A DNA stretch of 64,000 bases from NCBI GenBank assembly GCA_049324415.1, contig JBMOOS010000030.1, forward strand, positions 205,523 to 269,522, written 5' to 3'. Both the position numbers and the translations under genes were made by a program. The notes beneath the pieces were generated by a model, which was given only the letters and a program-made list of their open reading frames with translations, was not told the origin of the DNA and made no database searches. The stretch comes from Pseudomonadota bacterium (GTDB lineage: Bacteria > Pseudomonadota > Alphaproteobacteria > Sphingomonadales > CAKZYD01). Shown here one piece after another: positions 58,288-64,000 of the stretch (its first letter is position 1; each line of letters opens with the position of its first letter).

Positions 58288-58824
58288 ATGGACATGCTTC
58301 CCTTCGGTCAGCCGCTTGGCGGCGTGATGCAGGTCGCCTATGTGGTGGAGGACATTCATCAGGCCATGCGCCATTGGAGCGGGGCGCTGGGCATTGGCCC
58401 TTTCTTCCTGTTCGAGCATTTCCCGCTTCTTGACGCGCGCTATCGCGGCGCTCCCACCGAATTCGATGTGACCTTAGGGCTTGCCTATAGCGGCACCATG
58501 TGCTTCGAGCTCATCCAGCAAAACAATGACGTTCCATCGGTCTACCGCGATATCGTCGATAAGCATGGCTATGGCTTTCATCACTGGGCGCGGTCGACCC
58601 GCGATTTCGATGGCGATGTGAAGCGCTATCAGGCGATGGGGGCGGCGCTTGCGCTTTACGGCGTTGCCGCGGTGGGCGCGCGCGCCGCTTATATGGATAC
58701 CAGCGACACCCTTGGCGGCATGGTGGAGCTCATCGAAATCACCCCGCAAGTGGAAGCGCTTTTCGCAACCCTCCGCCAGGCGGCGGTCGATTGGGACGGC
58801 GAAAACCCAGTTCGCACCCTGTAG
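58288..58824 (+). CDS. VOC (glyoxalase/bleomycin-resistance/extradiol dioxygenase) family protein
   Basis: ATG 58288 sits behind AAGGAG. 178 aa with two beta-alpha-beta-beta-beta-like halves (VMQVAYVVEDIHQAMRHW..., GYGFHHWA...). Confidence 0.6.
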   Translation: MDMLPFGQPLGGVMQVAYVVEDIHQAMRHWSGALGIGPFFLFEHFPLLDARYRGAPTEFDVTLGLAYSGTMCFELIQQNNDVPSVYRDIVDKHGYGFHHWARSTRDFDGDVKRYQAMGAALALYGVAAVGARAAYMDTSDTLGGMVELIEITPQVEALFATLRQAAVDWDGENPVRTL

Positions 58825-58936
58825 CGACCGTGCGGGGCCAAAATGTAGAGCCAAGCAAAAATGCGTGGTTTCCGCTATGGGCTTTTGGACGGCCTTGTGC
58901 CTCAATGCGGGCTGGGGATGAAAAGGATGGGTCGCC

Positions 58937-59890
58937 ATGCCGCTGGATGCGCAGACCAAGGCAATTCTTGACAATGCGCGCCAAAGCGGCGCGCCAGCGC
59001 TTTACGAGCTGCCGGTGGCTGAGGCCCGCGCCGCCTTGAAGGAGATGACGCGCGCCCTCGATATCGAAAAGACCGCGGTCCATCGGCGCGAAGAGCGGAT
59101 GATTCCCGACCCGGCGGGGGACATTCCGGTGCGCATTTATTGGCCGCGCGCGGCGGAGCCTGATGCGCTCCTTGGTGTTCTTGTCAACATTCACGGCGGC
59201 GGTTTCGCCTTGGGCGACTTGGATAGCCATGAAAACACATCGCGTTATTACTGCACCCATGGCGGTGTCATCGTCGTCAGTGTCGGTTACCGCTTATCGC
59301 CGGAATTCAAGTTTCCCACCGGTTTGAAGGATTGCGAGGCGGCCTTATGCTGGGTCGCGGACCATGCCACCGAATTCGGCGGCGACCCCCAGCGCATCGC
59401 CATCATGGGCGATAGCGCCGGCGGCAACCTCAGCGCCGTCTTGTGTCAGATCGCCAAGGCCCGCGGAGGTCCGGCAATCAAATATCAAATCCTGGTCTAT
59501 CCGGTCGTCGATCTTGATCCCAATGCCGACTATCGCTCGCGTAAAGCCTTTGGCGGCGGCGATTATTTTCTGTCCCTGCAAGATATGATTTGGCTCAACA
59601 GCATGTATTTCGAGACGCCGGAGGAGGGCATGAAAGACCCGCGCGCATCGCCGATCCTGACACAGGACCTTGCCGGACTGCCGCCGGCGCTCATCATCAC
59701 CGCCGGTTACGACCCCTTGGCCGATGAAGGCGCGGATTATGCGGCGCGGCTGCGCGCTGCTGGCGTTGCCTGCGAGCATGTGTGCTTCGAGAGCACGATC
59801 CACGGCTTCATGGCCTTTGCCGGGGCGATCGATGCCGGCGCCAGGGGTCTTGCCTTGGTCGCGCAGCGACTGAAGGAAAAACTTGGGTAG
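58937..59890 (+). CDS. alpha/beta-hydrolase esterase (hormone-sensitive-lipase/Aes family)
   Basis: Oxyanion motif HGGGF, nucleophile elbow GDSAGG, and a distal DPL...H region. Confidence 0.85.
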   Translation: MPLDAQTKAILDNARQSGAPALYELPVAEARAALKEMTRALDIEKTAVHRREERMIPDPAGDIPVRIYWPRAAEPDALLGVLVNIHGGGFALGDLDSHENTSRYYCTHGGVIVVSVGYRLSPEFKFPTGLKDCEAALCWVADHATEFGGDPQRIAIMGDSAGGNLSAVLCQIAKARGGPAIKYQILVYPVVDLDPNADYRSRKAFGGGDYFLSLQDMIWLNSMYFETPEEGMKDPRASPILTQDLAGLPPALIITAGYDPLADEGADYAARLRAAGVACEHVCFESTIHGFMAFAGAIDAGARGLALVAQRLKEKLG

Positions 59891-59918
59891 GGTTAAAGGA
59901 CGGGGGACAGGGCGCGGC

Positions 59919-60890
59919 ATGCAACAAAGCCGGGACGAACTTTTGGTCGCCTACCGCCGGATGCGCACCATGCGCGACTTCGAGGAGCGCATGCATGTCG
60001 AATTCGCTGCCGGCGGGGTGCCGGGCTTTGTGCACCTTTACGCCGGCCAGGAAGCCTCGGCGGCTGGAGTATGCGCCAATTTGGACGCCCGCGATGTCCT
60101 GTGCAGCACCCATCGCGCCCATGGCCCAGCGATTGCCCGCGGCGCCGATGTCGCTGCCGTCGCCAAGGAAATCTACTGCCGGGGCGATGGCTTGTGCCGG
60201 GGTCGCGGCGGCTCGGCGCATCTGCACGACAGCGGCAAGGGCCTATGGGGCGCCAATAGCGGCGTTGGCAGCGGCATCGCGCTCGCCTGCGGCGCGGCGA
60301 TCGCGGCGCGCCATAAGGAGACAGGGGGCATCGCGGTCGCCCTGGTCGGCGACGGCGGCGCCAACCAAGGGGTGGCGTTCGAAGCGATGAACCTGGCCGC
60401 GATCTGGCGTCTGCCGGTCGTCATCGTCTTTGAAAACAACGGTTATGCTGAATCGACCAGCGCCGATTACGCCATCGCTGGCAAGGATTTGGTGAAACGC
60501 GCCGCCGGCTTTGCCATTCCCGGCGTTGCCGTCGACGGGCATGACTATTTCGCCGTTTATGCCGCCGTGCGCGAAGCCGTGGCCCGCGCCCGCGCCGGCG
60601 AGGGCCCCAGCGTCATCGAGGCCAAGCAACGCCGCTATTACGGCCATTTCGAAGGCGACGCGCAGACCTATCGGCCCCAGGGCGAGGTGGAAGAATACCG
60701 CGCCAACCGCGATTGCCTCACCCGTTTCCGCGCGCAGGTTACCGCCAGCAAGCTTCTCGACGCCGCGCAGCTCGACGCCATCGACAGCGAGGTCGCGGCC
60801 CTTATCGACGCCGCTTATGCTAAGGCCAAGGCAGCGCCTTACCCCGCCGCGGACGAGCTGATGCGCGATATTTACGCGATGCCCCTTTAG
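59919..60890 (+). CDS. acoA: TPP-dependent acetoin:acceptor oxidoreductase E1 alpha subunit (AcoA-like)
   Basis: E1-alpha sequence (GFVHLYAGQEA, GDGGANQG TPP motif). ATG at 59919. Confidence 0.8.
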   Translation: MQQSRDELLVAYRRMRTMRDFEERMHVEFAAGGVPGFVHLYAGQEASAAGVCANLDARDVLCSTHRAHGPAIARGADVAAVAKEIYCRGDGLCRGRGGSAHLHDSGKGLWGANSGVGSGIALACGAAIAARHKETGGIAVALVGDGGANQGVAFEAMNLAAIWRLPVVIVFENNGYAESTSADYAIAGKDLVKRAAGFAIPGVAVDGHDYFAVYAAVREAVARARAGEGPSVIEAKQRRYYGHFEGDAQTYRPQGEVEEYRANRDCLTRFRAQVTASKLLDAAQLDAIDSEVAALIDAAYAKAKAAPYPAADELMRDIYAMPL

Positions 60891-60899
60891 GACGCTGAC

Positions 60900-61913
60900 A
60901 TGGCGCGCAAAACCTATCGTCAAGCCATCAATGAAGCCATCAGGCAGGAAATGCGCCGCGACCCCACCATCATTTTGCTGGGGGAAGACGTGGCGGGCGG
61001 CGCTGGCACCGGCGGCGCGCCAGACGCTTGGGGCGGACCGCTTGGCGTCACCAAGGGGCTCATTGGCGAGTTTGGCGCCACCCGGGTGATCGACACACCG
61101 ATCAGCGAGGCGGGCTATATGGGCGCGGCAATCGGCGCCGCGGCGGCGGGGTTGCGTCCCCTCGTCGATCTCATGTTCAACGACTTCATCGGTGTGTGCT
61201 TTGATCAGCTTTGCAATCAAGCGGCGAAATACCGCTATATGTATGGCGGCCAGGACTGCATTCCCCTGACCGTGCGCACCATGATCGGTGCCGGGCTCGG
61301 CATCGCCGCCCAGCATTCGCAGACGCTCTATCCCCTGTTCAGCTCCTTCGCCGGGCTGAAGGTTGTGGTGCCTTCCGGCCCTTATGACGCCAAGGGCCTT
61401 CTCATCACCGCCTTGCGCGACGATGACCCGGTGGTTTTCTGCGAGCACAAGCTGCTCTACGAGATGAGCGAGGAAGTGCCCGACGCGGCCTATGGCATTC
61501 CCTTTGGCGAAGCGCAGGTGTTGCGCGACGGCGGCGACGTGACGATCGTCGCCCTTTCACGCATGGTGCATATCGCCATGGAGGCGGCGCGGACATTGGC
61601 GGGAGAGGGCATCGAGGCAACCCTCATCGATCCGCGCACCACGGCTCCGCTCGATGAAGAGAGTATTCTTGAAAGCGTTGGGGAAACCGGACGGTTGGTG
61701 ATCGTCGATGAAGCGGGTCCGCGCTGCGGCATGGCCGCCGACATCGCGGCGATGGTCGCCGAACGTGCTTTTGCCAGCCTCAAGGCCCCGATCCTCAAGG
61801 TGACGCCGCCCCATGTGCCGATCCCGGCGGCGCCCAATCTTGAGCAGGCCTATATCCCCGACCCCGCACGCGTCGTCGCCGCGGTGAGAAGGGTGATGGA
61901 CTTCGCGCCATGA
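60900..61913 (+). CDS. acoB: acetoin dehydrogenase E1 beta subunit (AcoB-like)
   Basis: Transketolase-like pyrimidine-binding and C-terminal domains (RVIDTPISEAGYMGAAIGAA). Confidence 0.85.
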   Translation: MARKTYRQAINEAIRQEMRRDPTIILLGEDVAGGAGTGGAPDAWGGPLGVTKGLIGEFGATRVIDTPISEAGYMGAAIGAAAAGLRPLVDLMFNDFIGVCFDQLCNQAAKYRYMYGGQDCIPLTVRTMIGAGLGIAAQHSQTLYPLFSSFAGLKVVVPSGPYDAKGLLITALRDDDPVVFCEHKLLYEMSEEVPDAAYGIPFGEAQVLRDGGDVTIVALSRMVHIAMEAARTLAGEGIEATLIDPRTTAPLDEESILESVGETGRLVIVDEAGPRCGMAADIAAMVAERAFASLKAPILKVTPPHVPIPAAPNLEQAYIPDPARVVAAVRRVMDFAP

Positions 61914-63040
61914 GCCCGCCGCCAATTCACGCCCTTACCATGCCCAAATGGGGGATGGCGATGGCCACCGGCAAAATCGCCGCTTGGCTGGTGAGGGAAG
62001 GCCAGGCGGTCGCGCCGGGCGATGAGATGGTCGAAGTGGAGAGCGAGAAAATCGTCAATGCGGTGGAAGCCAGTGACGGCGGCATCGTGCGCCGTATCAT
62101 CGCGGGCGAGGGGGAAACGCTGCCGGTTGGCGCATTGCTTGCCGTCATCGCCGATGGCACTGTCAAGGCGGCGGCCATCGATGCCTTCGTCGCGCAATTT
62201 CAAAAGGGCTTCGTGCCGCCGCCAGCGGGCGAAACGCCTGAAGGGGCGGCGAAGACGGTGGTGGTCGATGGCGTTGCCCTTGCCTATGAAAAGACCGGCG
62301 CGGCGCGGCAAGGCGCAGCGCCGGCGCTTCTCATCCATGGCTTTGGCGGCGACCGGACAGGCTGGACGCTCATCGGCGGCGCCCTTGCCGCCACGCGCGC
62401 GGTTTACGCCCTCGACCTTCCCGGCCATGGGGCCTCGGACAGGGATGTGGGCGATGGCGGACTCTGCACCCTTGCCGGTTACGTCGTCGGTGCCATGGAC
62501 GCGCTCGGCATCGACAAAGCCCATCTCGTGGGCCATTCCCTGGGGGCGGCGATCGCGCTCCACATCGCCGCAACCCAACCGGCGCGTGCGGTGTCCTTGT
62601 CCCTTATCGGCGCCGTGGGCCTGGGCGGGTGCGTTGATGCCGCCTATCTTGCCGATTTTATCGCCGCGACGCGGCGTAAAGAGTTGAAGCCGGTGCTTGA
62701 GAAGCTTTTCAGCGACCCTCGCCTGGTGACGCGGCAGATGGTGGAGGCGACGCTGAAATACAAGCGCCTCGATGGGGCGGTGCCCGCCTTGCAAAGAATC
62801 GCCGCCGCTGTGTTCCCGGGCGGGCGGCAAGCCCATAATTTTCGGGACCGTCTCGCCGATTTGCCGATGCCCATCCTCGCCCTATGGGGGGACGATGACC
62901 GGCTTGCCAACCCCGAGGATGCCGCAGGGTTGCCTGACAATGTCGCGGTGCGGCACGTCAAGGCGGGCCACATGGCGCAGGTGGAGGCGGCGGGCGCGGT
63001 GGCTAAGCTCTTGACAGCGCATTTCGCTGCGGCAGGCTAG
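61910..63040 (+). CDS. acoC: AcoC-type E2-like component: lipoyl domain fused to an alpha/beta-hydrolase fold
   Basis: N-terminal lipoyl domain (MPKWGMAMATGKIAAW...VEVESEKIVNAVEA) followed by HGFGGD...GHSLGAA. The start overlaps the acoB stop (ATGA). Confidence 0.8.
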   Translation: MSPPPIHALTMPKWGMAMATGKIAAWLVREGQAVAPGDEMVEVESEKIVNAVEASDGGIVRRIIAGEGETLPVGALLAVIADGTVKAAAIDAFVAQFQKGFVPPPAGETPEGAAKTVVVDGVALAYEKTGAARQGAAPALLIHGFGGDRTGWTLIGGALAATRAVYALDLPGHGASDRDVGDGGLCTLAGYVVGAMDALGIDKAHLVGHSLGAAIALHIAATQPARAVSLSLIGAVGLGGCVDAAYLADFIAATRRKELKPVLEKLFSDPRLVTRQMVEATLKYKRLDGAVPALQRIAAAVFPGGRQAHNFRDRLADLPMPILALWGDDDRLANPEDAAGLPDNVAVRHVKAGHMAQVEAAGAVAKLLTAHFAAAG

Positions 63041-63096
63041 TGTGGTGGACTTAACGACCAGGGACACGAGCGGCGGAAAAGCTAAGGAGGAAAAGC

Positions 63097-64000
63097 ATGG
63101 CCAAAGCCTTCGCCAGCCAAGCGGACATGGCAGAAAAAGCGGTCAGCTTCACCGAGCTCGCGCCGGGGCGGGCCTATGCCTATACGGCGCAAGGGGACCC
63201 CAATTCCGGGGTCATCGTCGGCGATGACGCGGTCATGGTGATCGATACCCAGGCAACGCCGATGATGGCGCGGGATGTGGTGGCACGCATTCGCGGCGTT
63301 ACCGACAAGCCAATCCGCTATGTCTGCCTGACCCATTATCATGCGGTCCGCGTCCTTGGCGCGGCGGCCTATGGGGCAATCCATGTCATCGCCAGCGAGG
63401 ACACCCGCGACCTTATCGCCGAGCGTGGGGAGGCGGACATGGCCTCGGAAATCGGGCGTTTTCCACGCCTCTTTCAAGGCGTTGACAGCATCCCTGGCCT
63501 GACCTGGCCAAGCATTACCTTTCGCGGCAAGATGACGCTCTATTTGGGCAGCCTTGAAGTGCAGATCCTCCAGCTCGGCCGCGGCCACACCAAGGGCGAC
63601 ACCGTGGTCTGGCTGCCACGGGAGCGGGTGCTGTTTTCCGGCGACCTCGTCGAATATGGCGCCACCCCCTATGCCGGAGATGCGTATTTGAGCGATTGGC
63701 CGCGAACGCTTGACAATCTTGCTTCCCTACGGCCATTGGCGGTGGTGCCGGGGCGCGGCGATGCGCTTACCACGCCGGAGGCCATCCATGCCGGCATTGA
63801 AGGCACCCGCGCCTTTGTCCGCGCCATGTTCGAAAGCGTGAAACAGGGCATCGAGGAGGGCAAGGACTTAAAGGCCATCTATCGGGCGACCTATGACGCG
63901 CTCAAACCCGAATATGGCGACTGGGTGATTTTCGACCATTGCCTGCCCTTCGACGTCACCCGCGCCTATGACGAAGCGCGGGGCCTGCGCGATCCGCAAA
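63097..64000 (+). CDS. MBL-fold metallo-hydrolase family protein (3' end lies outside the window)
   Basis: Not in the ORF track because there is no stop in the window. ATG 63097 sits behind AAGGAGG. My own translation shows VMVIDTQ, LTHYHAVRV, RGHTKGD and FSGDLV, matching the MBL fold. The usual HxHxDH motif reads HYHAVR here. Confidence 0.7.
   Translation, partial: MAKAFASQADMAEKAVSFTELAPGRAYAYTAQGDPNSGVIVGDDAVMVIDTQATPMMARDVVARIRGVTDKPIRYVCLTHYHAVRVLGAAAYGAIHVIASEDTRDLIAERGEADMASEIGRFPRLFQGVDSIPGLTWPSITFRGKMTLYLGSLEVQILQLGRGHTKGDTVVWLPRERVLFSGDLVEYGATPYAGDAYLSDWPRTLDNLASLRPLAVVPGRGDALTTPEAIHAGIEGTRAFVRAMFESVKQGIEEGKDLKAIYRATYDALKPEYGDWVIFDHCLPFDVTRAYDEARGLRDPQ

Overview
High-GC (by eye about two-thirds G+C) chromosomal segment of alphaproteobacterial type, suggested by a GapR/DUF2312 protein, DUF1244, an alphaproteobacterial-style L36 and a hopanoid supercluster. 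The species cannot be named from the sequence alone. Gene content in order: (1) 1-14196, a near-complete hopanoid biosynthesis and transport cluster: hpnC-hpnD-hpnE-shc-hpnG, convergent hpnH-ispH-hpnN, then divergent hpnM, a sulfotransferase, a PON-like beta-propeller and hpnA. (2) 14.5-23 kb, housekeeping genes: ABC1 kinase, orphan sigma-54 response regulator, murI, gapR, DUF1244, pyk, HAD hydrolase, rpmJ, a TonB-C protein and a metallophosphatase. (3) 23-35.4 kb, a gamma-glutamylation polyamine catabolism and uptake cluster with three glutamine-synthetase-like paralogs, puuB, potABC plus potF, spuC, puuD and puuR. (4) 35.5-43.6 kb, a TonB-dependent receptor, amidohydrolase lipoprotein, SapC, aldehyde dehydrogenase and ferredoxin reductase. 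(5) tRNA-Ser(GCU) followed by a roughly 7-kb lower-GC island holding a frameshifted integrase, czcCBA-type heavy-metal efflux genes, an IS5 remnant and a degenerate tRNA 3' copy. (6) an S1/P1 nuclease and a LuxR regulator. (7) a receptor-linked catabolic cluster: cupin dioxygenase, TonB-dependent receptor, two SDRs, VOC protein, esterase, acoABC and an MBL-fold protein. The most unusual signal is a family of CTAG-bounded palindromic (MITE-like) elements that I do not recognise. All three loci in the window touch coding sequence. One locus is a tandem 2 x 117-bp in-frame insertion that splits the signal peptide of a TonB-dependent receptor without closing the reading frame. Other points of interest are a solitary type I-E-like CRISPR repeat, two non-hpn tailoring genes embedded in the hopanoid cluster, and an extreme G-quadruplex/hexanucleotide tract next to the nuclease gene. 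Many long antisense shadow ORFs typical of high-GC DNA were ignored.
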